A stretch of 63,925 nucleotides of DNA, filler included, from Conidiobolus incongruus B7586 (GCA_000697335.1; 10 parts of 10 records of this genome joined end to end with filler, not necessarily neighbours in it); one strand, 5' to 3'; positions 24,493-39,023 are shown, counted from the whole stretch's first letter. Program-made: numbers and translations. The notes: a model not told the origin generated them from the letters alone.

Positions 24493-26590
24493 AGTTAAAA
24501 GAAATTCAATTAACCACTTAAGTAAAATTTACTTAAGCAGACATAAATTTAACAATGATTGATAAGATTATAAAGAAAAGAATGTATCCAATATAAAATC
24601 AAGGTGAATATTAAATAATCAAACTACAGAATCTTATGATCTTTTAAATTAAAGTAATAAATTTTTTTATTAAGTTTTATTAATTGAAATTGTATATCCC
24701 ATTTCTTTTATTACCTAAATCAAAAATTTTGAAATATTTCCTAAGTATCAATTCTAAATTTTATTTGATTTTATTTACAATTAATAGTTTTTCATTTGTC
24801 AAATATTGATGAATTAGGCTTAAATAATCACGTGATTTCCTTTCAACAATGCAAATTCATGCTGATCTATCTCATACATTCATGAAGTTGACTTTGTTTT
24901 TAAGGTATATTCGGGATTTGAATAAATAATTATAAGCAACTTATGTTTGAATAGCTATAATTTTCACCTAGAGTTAATTTAATGAATTGTAATGACTTTC
25001 TTTACAAGCCTAGTCCAAGTTCATTTAATTAATCATGTCTAAACTAATAATTCAAAAATTTGATCAAATTTAGTAATCCTAACAATACCAAGGCATTATT
25101 TTTTTGGCATATGTAATCTGAATAAAAATATGATGAATATCATTTAATTCGAATTTATCGTCAATCAATATTAAAATAAAATTTAATGACCTATTTAATA
25201 ATCACTTAATTATATCCAGTAGTGTGAGTATGATATCATTTCATTCACAATATATTTAAATAAATTGACCCATTCAATTAAGTTTATTTGATTATAATTC
25301 CTAGTAAATAAATATTATAATATATTCCTATTATACAAAATTTCATTTGACAGCTTATTACAATATGCTGTGTTGATGTTTTAATGTCGATAATTTATTG
25401 AATTGTTACAATATTTGAATACTTCATTAATATGCAAGTTGATAATTACAATTATGAATTCGGGAAATATTTAAGATTAATTACATAATAAAATAATTTT
25501 AGTATATTAAATGATATTTAGTTAGTTATAATTCCTTTGAAAAATTTTTCCTAACCAAAAAAAAATTAACATCGTTTAATGTTAAAATAATCTTGCAATT
25601 AAATGATTGAGATCAATTGAGGTTTGAAGATATCAATTGTTTATTTTTAATAAATTACATTTTTGATTATATGAATATCAAAAAACTAGATGTTTATTTT
25701 AATTATCTAATATCATAATTTCAGCAACCATTCAATACCAATATAAGATATGCTGAAATAATTTGACAGATATATTCTTTATAAAAATATAATCAATTTA
25801 CAACTTGATTCATATCCAAATTTTTTCTTATCATGACAAATCATTTAATCTTGGGTAATGCAACTTAAATAAATCAATTGATGTAAGATTTAATCCTTAT
25901 AAAATTATATATGTACACATAATATAAAATAATAAACTATTACAAATAAATGTCATAATTGTGTTTTCAAATTTAAGGTCTGTCACTTGACAGATTTCGT
26001 GATTCAATGTAGAGGTTGAATTAAACATTGCAACTAATAAAACATTTTCCAAAATTATGGATACTATGATATTTCTATAAATCAATAAAACTTGTATATA
26101 TTTATTTAATTAAATTTAAAAATAGAAATGATATTGAATAGTAAGAGTTTCTTTATATCGATATATTAACTTAATTTTGTCAAAATACAAAAGCAACAAT
26201 TGTCATTATATGATATATTATTTAAGAATATTACTGAAAAATGTACATTGTAATGTTTTTATACAACATCAACTTTACCTTTTCAATATAACTAATTATA
26301 TTATTATAAATACTTATTAATAACTTTTAAATAATTTTTCGATTTTCAAAAATGTATTTAATATATTCTAAAAAAAATTGTTTGGGTTTATAAATATTTA
26401 ATTTGAAATATTGAATATTAATAGCTGAAAATAATTTGAAATTTAAAAAATGATTCTATGATATTGTGTACGAATTAATGAAAAAATATAAAGACTATGT
26501 TAATTAATTATAATATAAAAATTTGATATTTTTATAAGATATAAATTTATTATATACATCAGGATTAAAATTTATTTCACTAAAAAATTA

Positions 26591-26663
26591 TGCCTTCTAC
26601 CAGAATCGAACTGGTGACCTTCCGCTTACTAGGCGGACGCTCTGCCAACTGAGCCAAGAAGGC
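26591..26663 (-). tRNA. tRNA-Thr (AGT)
   Basis: Reverse complement GCCTTCTTGGCTCAGTTGGCAGAGCGTCCGCCT-AGT-AAGCGGAAGGTCACCAGTTCGATTCTGGTAGAAGGCA forms a cloverleaf. Confidence 0.95.
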
Positions 26664-27334
26664 TGTCCACCAATCAATATATGTTTTTATAATTGAAATT
26701 TAATTTTATTATAATTATTAATTTAAATCATTATTTTTTAAATATTTATTAATTCAATGTAATTTTAACTATCTTTATAGCTACCCTTCATTCTCTTTTT
26801 CAACTTTTCACTCTACTTATATATTTTACTTTATAATTTCATTTTTTTTATTTTAATTTTGAATTATTTAATTACAATTTCTTTATTGATTCAAAATATG
26901 TACAATTTGGTGAAAATAGTGTATTGAATAAATGAGACTATAATATACATATATATATATTATATTTTTTAACTTAATTCATATTTAGTGTAGTTTTTAT
27001 TAAATTTCTATTTTTTTATTGCTGAAACAATAATAATATAGGAAATGTATCAATTAATTTTTTATATTTATTGATTAAAAAACAATTTACTATAAGATAA
27101 ATATTATTGACATTGTTGATTTAATATATTAATAGATCAATATTTTAAATTTTAAATGTTATCAAAATTGAATTTACAATTCAATATCCAGTATCAATTC
27201 GGAATTTACAATTTGAATGAAAAGATGATCAAACAGTATCAAATCGGCAATAACTTACATATACTAAATACATTATAAATATAGCTATAATCTTAAAATG
27301 TATTCACTTTTAAATTTCTTACTAAAAAACCAAA

Positions 27335-28169
27335 ATGAATTTCAACAAAATAGAATTCATTGTAATCTTTTTATTCAAATTAAATTCAGCTCTTCAATTT
27401 AATACTAAAGAAGCAGTTTTAAATGTTCCTTTAAATCCTCAAAAGCCAAATAATTTCGAAACTGTCGTCCTCTGCGATGATCCTAGCTGTGGCCCAAGAG
27501 TTGGTGTAGTTGTAGATAGAGATGCCGTAGCGGCAATGCAAGTTGCTAAAGATGCTTCAGGCGGTGAATGGTCAAAATTTTTGTAAAATATATTTAAATT
27601 ATTAATAAATTATAATAAATTAAATCTAATATATTTTTATATTTTTTATTTTGATTTTATATTATTAAAAATTTTATAATTGATTAATTGATTAATTAAT
27701 TTGATTAATAATAATTATCAAATAATGATTTATAATTACTTTGAAAAATTAATTTTTATACAAATTTCCCGATCAAATGAAATCAGCTAAAGTCAGTCAT
27801 CTTAATATGAGAGATCATACAGTTTGAAAAACACTAATAGCTGATCATTTTTACAACAGTAATTGAAAATGCTTCAAATTAATAATATTTAAACTGATTA
27901 AAATCAACAAATGTCAGTTTCTATCTTATGCTATTATGAAGTTAATATATTTGAATTTTTTAGTTAGTATTTGGTCAGTACCTTTGTTTACCGGATTTTT
28001 CGAGAATGGCTCTATCGGAGATATAGGTAGCAAGAATGACTTTGCTAATCTCAGTGGAAATCATAGAAACTGTAATTCAAGCGATGCTTCGTGTAATTTT
28101 ATGAATGGAAACTTAGCTGATGTTAAAGGTTCTCATGTAGGTGATAATTTAAGTATATTATCACCCTAA
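27335..28169 (+). CDS. Putative small secreted Cys-containing protein (2 exons, ~400-bp intron)
   Basis: Two GC-richer ORF blocks (27335-~27564 and ~27964-28169) join in frame via G|GTGAAT..TTTTTAG|TT. Hydrophobic N-terminus; CxxxxC and CxxxxxxC pairs. Splice sites uncertain. Confidence 0.5.
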
Positions 28170-28724
28170 ATGATAAGAAATATTTAGATATATGAATCTA
28201 TAAGAATGAAGTAATAAAGTTTTGAATATTAATTATAATACATACTATTACAAATGATCGAATAAAAGCATTAATACTTTTTTCTAATAATATATACAAG
28301 AATTCGAATCAGCTATGAATGATTCGAATATGGATAAATAAGGAGATTGATATAAAAAATTGAAAAAAAATTGTGTGTGAAAATTGAAAATTATGATTCG
28401 AAACCTTGTTCCATAATCACGAATCGAGTGAAAATCCAATTTGGAAACACAGAAGTGAAAATAACCAATGATGATAATGATTTGCCCCCCTTTTTTGTCT
28501 AACGGTAGACTATCTTCAAACGGTAAGATAGTAGCAAAATAATATTCAACAGAACAGCAAAAAGTTAAAAAAAATAAAATTAAAGATAATTAATACATAA
28601 ATCAATACATCCATCAATCAATCATAATTAAATCATAATAAAAAATCCAATGCCGAATAATAGTATTAACCTTACCATTTTTTTTCTGTCTTTTTCCACT
28701 TCTTAGACATCACTACTGGTCAAG

Positions 28725-29380
28725 ATGGCTTTACCCGCTGAAATCGCTGGAGAATATCAAGGACGCAAACTTTTCAACAAGTGGTCCTACGAAGGTGTCG
28801 AAGTTATCGATGTTGCCTTGACCGATTACATTCAAATCCGTCACGAAGTTTTCCTTCCCCACACCGCCGGTCGTTTCGCCGCCAAGCGTTTCCGTAAGGC
28901 TTTGTGCCCCATCGTTGAACGTTTGACCAACTCCTTGATGATGCACGGTCGCAACAACGGTAAAAAGGTTATGGCCGTTCGTATCGTCAAGCACGCTTTC
29001 GAAATCATTCACCTTTTGACCGATCAAAACCCCATCCAAGTCTTGGTCGATGCCGTTGTCAACACTGGTCCCCGTGAAGATTCCACCCGTATCGGTTCCC
29101 AAGGTACCGTCCGTCGTCAAGCTGTCGATGTTTCTCCTCTCCGTCGTGTCAACCAAGCTATCCACTTATTGACCACCGGTACTCGCGAAGCCGCTTTCAG
29201 AAACGTCAAGTCCATCGCCGAATGCTTGGCCGACGAACTTATCAACGCCGCTAAGGGATCTTCCAACTCTTATGCCATCAAGAAGAAGGATGAACTCGAA
29301 CGTGTTGCTAAGAGTAAGATTATTTTCTGTGTTTTATTTCATTTAGATTTGATACTAACTATTTTCTAGGTAACCGTTAA
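28725..29380 (+). CDS. RPS5: 40S ribosomal protein S5 (uS7); intron 29314-29369
   Basis: [52 protein letters not shown]. Removing the GTAAG..CTAG intron restores the canonical SNR-stop. Strong codon bias. Confidence 0.97.
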
Positions 29381-31262
29381 AACCAACCTGTACAATATTT
29401 TTTGGTTGGCAATCTTTGTCCAATAAAATCTCGTATACTTACATTTGTTGAAAGAGTAGATAATCTATATATGATAAATAGTGTTTATAAACTAAGTTTC
29501 AACTCCTTTAAACTATGTTATTTGTATTCTTGTTATTTTTGGGCGAAGTAATAGGTACACTTGGGGATATATTATGCGATATTGGTTTATTCAGAACTTC
29601 AATAATCAGTTATTTCTTTTGGACCAGAACTATGGCTAGCCAGAAAATATTTCAAATACCAATGAATTACATTATTAGGACCTGGACTATTCACCAATAT
29701 TATCGGTCTATTTTCATTTATATTTGTCAGTCAAATTATACAGGTAATATCATTCCATTGCATAGTATATTCTTGTCATCTTCAATATTTATTTACTCGT
29801 TTTTTTTCCTCACTTAAATCACATTATTTCAATCTCCTAATACTTTTTCTTCACAAATTCTTATATCTACCGCTATAACATCCTCTAAAGAAAATATTCT
29901 TTACTTCTCAGCAATACAATTTTCACTAAGTCACAAGTATTTTTATACACAAAATCGCCTATCAATGGTTTACCAATATGTTATTTTTTACTTAAGTTTT
30001 ATATTAATATATTTAGCTATGAAATTTTTAAAATATTTCATTTTAATTAGCCTTGAATTTTGTAATATATCAGAATTATTATTTAATAACTCCATTAAAT
30101 TAGTATTTTGTAATTATACTATGCTAACCATTTTATTAATTCAATTTTCAATATTTTCTTTCTACACAATATTGAGTTAGCCTGAATATTCCTGATATTA
30201 CATAAAATCACTTAGTTCATATAATTGCATAAAATTATGACGTTATAAAATGTCAATAATTTCAAACTTTAAATTTTCTTCCAACCAAAAACTTTTGATA
30301 AAACTTGATTTTCTAAAGTTATAATTAATTAAAAATATATAGTATAATTAAATATTAAATATTATTATAAAAAACAATGAATTTTCTATTTATTATAGTA
30401 TCAATTTTGTTAAAAAAATTATCAAAAAATTTAATAATATTATTAATATTATTATCATTATATCAAAATTATTTTGATGATCTTTATATCATTTCATTTT
30501 GTATGCACTTTCTTTCTTAATGTAATTAATTTTGGTATTAGTTAGTCATGCTTTATTAAAAAAATTAAATAGTCAATTCTTATTCTATTACCTATAAAAT
30601 TATTGTATTAAAAATCGATAAATTCTAAACATTTGGTTAATTTTCATGTATTAATCAAATTACATATAATAGTCAAAATAATTGTATGGTAATTTAATGA
30701 TATAATTTTTAAAATTTCTTTTAACCAACTTAAACATCATAACATTTTCCAAATTGATTGATAACTATCATGTATTTAAGAATTCAAACTTTTTACTGGA
30801 CAAATAGAATAAAAAATAATTTCTTAAAACTCATAGTTAAATTGAATAATATATTTAATGGAATATTAATCAAAAACTACTATTTAGCAATTGATTGTGT
30901 TATAAAATAACTTGATAATAAATAAAAGTTTTAAAACAAAATTATTCAGATATATGAATTTTATTATAATAATTATATTTAGAGCAATTAATTCAAGCAA
31001 ATAGTTATTATTTATTATTATTTAATTTAATTTTATGATATCTTAATTATAATAGTTTGAATATTTATTTTTTTTATAAAATATCAAATAATTTATAATT
31101 AGAATTTAATATAAAATAATTATTTAATATATTATTATATAATATTTCAAATATTATTTTCTTAAATTATGAATTATTTATAGTTAAAACATAATGTATA
31201 TTAGTTTAAATATATCTTATTAAATTGGAAATTAATTTCAAATTATATAAATATATTATTTT

Positions 31263-31399
31263 ATACTCCTTTGTAATTTAAATAATGGGAATTTTTTGCA
31301 ATCAAAAATAAATAATTATCTTAATATATATAATATATTAAAATAATAATATAATATAAAATTAATAGTTTTTTTATTATTAATAACTTTTTGCTATAT
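31263..31399 (-). mobile_element. Mariner 3'-terminal fragment cut by an assembly gap
   Basis: ttgtaatttaaataatgggaattttttgcaat ... taactttttgctata matches the termini at 41287 and 48472. Confidence 0.7.
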
Positions 31400-31499
31400 N
31401 NNNNNNNNNNNNNNNNNNNNNNNNNNNNNNNNNNNNNNNNNNNTTAATTAATTAANNNNNNNNNNNNNNNNNNNNNNNNNNNNNNNNNNNNNNNNNNNN
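31400..31499. other. Assembly gap spacer N44-TTAATTAATTAA-N44 (also at 37877, 41711, 43849, 45702, 47796, 50581, 60764, 62598)
   Basis: Identical 100-nt construct containing a palindromic six-frame-stop linker. Confidence 0.97.
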
Positions 31500-31603
31500 T
31501 ATTTTAAAATTATCATAATATTAAAATTATCAAATAATATTTTTTTATATTTCATTATTAATATAAAAAACAAAATATTATATTAAGTTAAAATTATTAT
31601 ATT

Positions 31604-34600
31604 TGTAAGTATAGTGGTAGTTAAACTAATATAGTATAGAGGAAAACTAATATAAAAATAGTGTGGCATAGAATGTAGTAATATAATATAGTTGTAGTGT
31701 GCAAGTGTAAACAAAGTTTAATTAAATTTTAAACTAGGGTGAGTCACTAATATATTAAGATTTATATTAGGTAGTGTTGATATGCTATAATATTAATAAG
31801 AAGTAGTTTCAATCTTAAAAGTATTATAAAAATAAAAAATAGTAAGAATTGAGAAGGAAAAGAAAAACTTAGTTTATTAGATAATTCAATGCTATTTATA
31901 TAATTAATTTAACTATATAAGTATAGATTAAATATATAACATATAGTTAATTAAATTATATGAAAATATATATAAAAATTTAAAGAACTAGTCTTTTAAC
32001 ATTCCCCTAATAAATCTTTTAGAAAAGACATACTCTCTAGATTTTTACAAATAAGTATAATAGGCTAAGATATTCTTAATATTTTCTAGGGGTTCTTATA
32101 TAATTTCTTTAATAAGATAACCTATCTATTTTACATAAAAATAAAGCTTGTTCCTAATAAATTTAGATTTAATTATGTAATCAACATAGTATTTTTCTTC
32201 TTTATCTTAATTTATAATTAAATCTAGTTTTAGGGTTTTTAATTAATTAGGAAAAATATTAAAACTTTTAAAATTTAGTATAATTTTAGATATATGAAAG
32301 GTAAAGTTAATTTTTAAAGTTAGAGGTAATTCTAAAGTAATATTTTTAAAATTTAAATCAATAGATTAAATCTTATAAAGACTATAATATAATAGTAAGT
32401 ATTTTAGATTTAAGTTAGATTTAAGTAGGGTAAGTTTAAGGGTAGATTGTTCTAAGTATATAAACATGCTAATTTTATACTTAGGAGGATTTCTAGATAA
32501 CTTTAAATATTATTATTCTATGATCCTTTAATTTTCTTCTAAGTTAAATTTAACAAGGGAATTAATATACTTGATATTAAATTAAAATTCAACAATATTT
32601 AAAGGTAAGTTAATTTAAAGTTTTAAAACAATTATTAAGTTAGGATATTTACTATAATTAATAAAATAAAGACTAAAACTTGTTGATTTATTGATAAAGG
32701 TGTTAAATAAGTATTAGAGTTGGTAGATATAAATATCTTAATTTAACTAATTAATGTTAATATAAGCTTTAATTATTTGTTTTAGGGTTTTAATAGTTTT
32801 TTCAATAAGTTTATTAGTTTAGTGATAATTAATAATAAATATAATTAGATTAATCTTAAAAGAAAAAGATAATAACTTCTAGAATCAAAAGTTAAATTAT
32901 ATATCTCTGTTAGATACAATAGTTTGTAAAATTTTATAATAGGTAAAAATATTAGAGAATAATAATTATACAACATTTTTAGCTATAGAAGTTTTAAAAT
33001 AAAAAATAAAATAAACATATTTGGAAAATAAATCAATTACAATTAATAAATTATTATAACTATTTGTTGATTTAAGGATTTCTATAAAATTAAGCTAGAT
33101 TTGTTGTTAAGTTATATTAGAGATTTATAGAAGAATAAGTTTATTATATTTAAGTATTATATTTAGTTCTTTAATATATATCATAAGTATTAGTATATAT
33201 CTAAACTAATTTAACTATGGAAAACTAGTGGTACTTTATTTTAATTCTTTTTTGCAATCTTTAACTAGCTTTAATATCCTCTAATAAGTAAATTATAGCA
33301 TTCATCAAATATTATTTGTTGGATCTTAAGAATATTAAAAACATATAAATAATTATTATAATATAATAAGTTATTGATAATTTTAAATCTTTTAACATAT
33401 TTTAATTAGTTTTCTAATAGTTTAAAAAGTTCTTTTTTAACTAAAATAAAGAAATTATTATTTAATAATATTTCTTAAAATAGTTTAATAAATTTTTTAT
33501 TTCCTTCATTAATAATTATTAAGTTAATATTTGCTGGGTTTTTATAATTAAAACAAAAGGGTAAATATGTAGGATTTTTTAACAAGGTATCTACAACATA
33601 ATTTTATTAACTTAAAAAATATTAAATAAAAAAAGATAAGCTTGGATAGTTTTAATCTATCTGATTTATTTTCTTAATAAATACTTTTAAGTATTTAAAT
33701 AGATAAGTAATTTATAATCTGTAAATGTTAAGAAAAAGTTATAAAACAAGAAATGTAAGTGATTTTTGATTATTTCTATTAAAGCAAAGAGTTTTTATTT
33801 ATAGACTAGGTATTTTAATTCAGCTGGTTTTATTTTCTTTAACTAGAATGTTATTGGTCTTAAGGTAATATTTACAAGTTTAAACTCAACTTATTCTCCT
33901 TTATTTATTATTTTATTCTATAGTTAAAAGGTAAAATATAAATTAAATTTAAACTAAGCTAATTATCTACTAATTATAATAGAATTAGAGTTAGTAAAAA
34001 TAATAATATGTATTTTTAAATTAAAAATAGATAAAATAAAAATATTAGTAATATAGAAAATTAAAGTATTTATACAAAAAGTATATAATGGGGTTTATTT
34101 AAAAAGAAAGTCTTTTTTTAAAAGATTAGTAAGAGGAGCAATAAATTCAACAAAAAAATTAATAAAATCTTTAAAGTAATTTAATAATCTAAATATAAAC
34201 ATAAGCTGATTTTTATTTATAGGTATAGTAAAAGCTTTAACACCATTGAATTTAATTGGATCAATATTAATTTTTTAAAAGAAAACAATATAACTATAGA
34301 AAAAGATAGAAAAGGCACTAAAGATATATTTTAATAATTTCAAAAGTAATTTATATTCTTGAATAATTTATAAAACCTAATTAACATATTAAATATATTC
34401 TTTTTTAGTTTTTAAATAGATTAGGATATTATCAAGGTAAATAATAATAAAGTTATTAAAAACAGGTTTAAAAAGGGAATTGATGAATTAAGTAAAAGTT
34501 ACAAAGGTATTATATAATCTAAAGTTTATAACTATAAATTTATAATAGCTTAAAAAAGTATCAAAAGTAGTTAAAAGGATAAAATTTTCTTCAATTATAA

Positions 34601-37535
34601 TATTATAATATTTATTCCTAATATTTAATTTAGTGAATATAGTTGATTTAAGTAGTTTATCCCTAATATTATATAAGTTTAGTAATAGGGTTCTATCCTT
34701 AATAATTTTAAAGTTTAAAACATAATTGTTAATATATAATCTTTAACCACCATTAGCTTTTTTTACAAAAAGAATTAGAAATTTTTTTAGTAAAGAAAAA
34801 GGTTTAATATACTTATTTTTAAATAGTTTTTGGATTTTTTCTTTTAAAGTTTAATATTATTAAAGAGATAAATGGTAAGTAAACTTTAAATATAATTGTG
34901 TACCAGGGAATAATTTAATTCTGTGCTTAATATTATATTTAAAAGGTAATTTATCTACAGGTTTAAAAACATTAGCAAATTAACTTATTATATTATATAA
35001 GGAGTGGTTATTAGATATAACTTTATTGAAGTTAATAGATGAAATGCTAATAGATAAATAATAAAAAAATATATATCTTTATAAATTATTAAAGTTTTTA
35101 ATTAGTTTTTTACATTGATTTTTGCTTATAATAATAAAATTATTTATTACAATTATAGAGTTAGTGTTAAATATAGTATTTAATAGTTTTATAATAAGGT
35201 AATATAGATTTTTTAAGATTAATTCCACTAATTTCTTTTGGAATATAAAAGAAATAAATTTATAACCTTCTAAGGTAATATTTATAGATATAAAATTATA
35301 ATATTCAAACTAATTTTAACCTAGTATAAAATTATAACTAATATTATCAACTAAGAGTTTAATATATTAATAGTTGTTAAGAGGTAATCATAGGTATCTA
35401 TATATAAAACTAAATATTTGTTTTATTAAGTTATTAGTATATTTAATTATCAATTTACTTTTTTAGGTAGGTAAAAATAGTTTTATAATAATAAAAGAGG
35501 AGATAATATAATTAAAGCAATTAGAATCAATTAAAACACTAATAAGTTTATCTATAAAAGAACCAATTAACATAAACAATAGGGTGATAGTTAAAGGTAA
35601 AAAATCACAAGATAAATTAGTTATTAGAATATTTTTAGTTTTTAATAGTTTAATTAGTTAGATTTCTCTAGTATATATAGTTTAATTTATAAAATTATTA
35701 GTCTATTAGAATTATTGTGGATTAGATTAGAATTTGCTAACTAATTGTAAAAAGAGTGATTTTAAAGTTATATTAATATTATTCAAGTTTGATTTATGAT
35801 TAATAAGTTAAGATTGTTAAGAATTAAACAGATATTGTTTTTTTAAAGGGTATTTGTTAACTTTATAATTAACTTAATATATTATCTTAGTGCTAGAAAC
35901 TAGGATAATTATATTAAATTAAGTTGGATTATTAGTAAGTAATAAAATTAAAATATAGTTATAAAGTGTTATTAGAAATCTTTAATAAAGACTTAGTGTT
36001 ATAGCTAGGTAATTAGGTAGGTTAATGAATAAATAAATAGATAAATAGGTAGGTAAATAGATCTCTGTTGTATTTTCTCCCTTTTATACTAAAATAAGAA
36101 TAAATTAATCTAAGGGAAAATAGGATAAAAGGTAAATTATAAGTAAACTAATATAAAAGGTAAATATATATAGATTAATTGGATAGATATATAACACTTA
36201 AGTTTTTCAACAATAGTAATAATTTTTATTTGGTTTTAAGTAAGCTTTAGCTTATTTACCAAAGATTTTCTTATAGAGCTTTAAAACAGAAACATCTATT
36301 ATTTTAAACTTAAATAAGCTAAAATAAGTTTTAAAGGATTAATTCTTAAGGTGGGAAAATTTAGTTATAAAGTAAAAAATATTATCAATTATAATTGTTG
36401 TATTATAAATATCAGAAAAAGATATATTATTAAAATATTCCCTATTAACTAACTAAAGCTTTATTTAAAGATTAAAATATTATAATAATTTGTGGATTTA
36501 TTCTTGTTCAGTAATATTTAATATGTTTAAATATATCTTATTAAATTTCTCAATCAATTATCTTATAGAAGTTTTTTGTTTAAGTTAAAAAAACTTTTTT
36601 TGCTAATTAAACTTGATTTTTTAGATAATACCTCTCTTTAAAAGCTTTTTCCAACTGTTTAAAGGTTTATATCTTAATAGTAAATTATCCTCTTAAAGAT
36701 TTTTTAAAATTAAGTTTATAATGAGTTAATTACTAGGTATAAGTAAATTTTTCTAAAAAAAATAGCTAATTTAAAGATATTCTTTAAATCTTTATCAAAG
36801 ATTAAATTAAATTAATTTTTTATATTTTTAAGATAGTTTTTAAACTTATAAAGGTTTTTAAAACTATTATAAATAGTTAATTTGTTTTTAAAAATCTTAA
36901 GAAGGTAGTTTAATATATTAACTATAGTAAAATAGCTAGTTTATTAGATTTAAACTTTTTGAGACATGTTTTTTCAATCAAAAGTTATCTAATATAGGTT
37001 TTTTAGAGGGTAGTAAGCTTTTGAAGATTAAAGTTTTAAATTTACTTAGTAATTAAACTTTTATCATTATTAAAATAATATAAGGGTATTTTCTTTTTTA
37101 ATAGTATTATAGTATATAGTGTTAAATTTAAATAAAATAAATTATAGATAAAATTTAAAATAGTAATAAATAGATTTGATATAGATAGTTATTGATTTTT
37201 AATAGGTTTTTAATAGTTTTATTGCTATTATTATATAAGTATAATAATAGTTAAACTAATATAATATAGAGGAAGATTAATATAAAAGAAATATGGTATA
37301 GAATATAATAATATAATATAATTATAGTGTGCAAGTGTAAACAAAGTTTAATTAAGCTTTAAACTGAGGTGAATCATTAGTATATTAAGATTTATATTAG
37401 GTAATGTTGATATACTATAATATTAACAGGAAGTAGTTTCAATTTTAGAAGTAGTGTAAAAATAAAAAATAATAAGAATTGAGAGGGAAAAAAAAACCTA
37501 ATTTATTAAATAATTCAATGCTATTTATATAATTA
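31604..37535 (-). mobile_element. Full-length degenerate Ty3/gypsy chromovirus; LTRs 31604-31906 and 37234-37535; probable TSD ATATT
   Basis: Direct ~303-bp LTRs starting TGTAAGT/TATAAGT. Minus-strand relics: protease LIDS (~35530), RT ILFVKKA.GG.R (~34760) and YLDN for YLDD (~34430), chromodomain FYVK*IGY..EI.*EPLENI (~32080-32140). Confidence 0.9.
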
Positions 37536-37592
37536 ATATTAATTATATAAATTTAAGTTTTATATTTTTCTTATATATAAATTTTAAATAAC

Positions 37593-37876
37593 TCTAAGTA
37601 TAATGATATTTAAATTATTATAATATAGAGGAAAAATTAATATAAGAATAAATTAATATAAAATATAGTGGGGTAATATAAAATATAATATATAAATATA
37701 AACAAAGTTTAATTAAGTATTAAATTAAGATAAGTCATTGTTATATTAAAATTTATATTAGACAATGCTAATATACTATAATATTAATAAAATATAATAT
37801 TAATCTTCTAAGTAATATGAAAGATAAAAAATCATAATTATTAAGAGAAAAAAAAGATTTAGTTTATTAAATAATT
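37593..37876 (-). mobile_element. Additional diverged LTR copy of the chromovirus family (runs into gap)
   Basis: Colinear with 31604-31890 (tagaggaaaa.ttaatataa; aaacaaagtttaattaa; ttagtttattaaataatt). Confidence 0.8.
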
Positions 37877-38055
37877 NNNNNNNNNNNNNNNNNNNNNNNN
37901 NNNNNNNNNNNNNNNNNNNNTTAATTAATTAANNNNNNNNNNNNNNNNNNNNNNNNNNNNNNNNNNNNNNNNNNNNGTTCTTTATATTCTTATATATATT
38001 TCTTTATAATTTAATTAACTATATATTATATAATTAATTTATATTTTAATAATTA

Positions 38056-38362
38056 AATTAATTATATAAATAAAATTAAATTACTTAATAAATTAAATTT
38101 TTTTCCTCTCAATTCTTATTATTTTTTATCTTTTACACTATTTTTAAGATTGAAACTATATTCTATTAATATTATAATATATTAACACTATCTGATATAA
38201 ATCTTAATATATTAGTGACTTATCCTAATTTAAAGCTTAATTAAACTTTGTTTATATTTTCACACTATATTCTATGTTATATCACTATATTTTATACCAC
38301 ACTACCTTTATATTAAGTTTTCCTCTATATTATATTAGTAACCTTCTATCATTATACTTATA
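38056..38362 (+). mobile_element. Inverted LTR copy of the same family
   Basis: Reverse complement of the LTR (ttaattaaactttgttt; ttttcctctata; ends ctatcattatacttata). Confidence 0.8.
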
Positions 38363-39023
38363 GGTTTAATTAAATATATATAATAAACTTATTTACTAAG
38401 TAAAATTTCTATTATAAATATATAGGTTTGTTTTATTAATTATAGTTATTATTAATATGGTTAAATTTGAAATATATTCATTAATATTATTAACTATAAA
38501 TATTCTGTATTATTGAATATATTTGAAAAAATAAAATATAATTTAAATTGTTTTGATTTTATGATTTTTATACTAATTTTTAAGTTTAATATATCAGAAC
38601 TAATAAAATTTTATTAAAAGAAAAATATATATATATAATTGAAACATAAGAAAATTAAACGTAAATATTAAATATTCAAAAATAAGATTTAATACATAAT
38701 TGTTATGTGTCCAATAATAATTTCAACCTTAAATATAATAATATCTATGGTTAAATCAAGGATAATACAATTAGTTAAATATAATATACATATTGACGAT
38801 ATTGTTATTCAAAGTTATAATTTGAAATCAATATTTCAATAAATTAAGAAGTTTAGTGGAAATGATTCTTGAAAAATATCATTGTCAACGGAATTTTAAA
38901 ACCAATTCAAAAAATTAATAAATTATATTTATATGATAAAATATTAATACACGAATATCAGATAAATATAAAATATATGAAATTATATTAGCTCAAAATT
39001 ATAATTTATTGAACTTGTTTTAC

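Noticed and set aside
28731..29165. 144-aa antisense ORF over RPS5 (and similar antisense/alternate-frame ORFs over NASP, GH16, PMT4, NPC2 and 23347-23748)
   Set aside because: By-product of the codon bias of the real gene; no independent motifs.
29515..30180. ORFs 29515-29817 and 29965-30180 (also 7546-7752, 14815-15000, 25897-26085)
   Set aside because: AT-rich F/I/L/Y/N-biased chance ORFs with no recognisable motif. 29500-29960 may be a decayed sequence that I could not identify.
37593..38362. Inverted LTR pair as a second hairpin locus or DIRS-type element
   Set aside because: The two copies are separated by an assembly gap, so their relative orientation is unverified; no tyrosine recombinase evidence.
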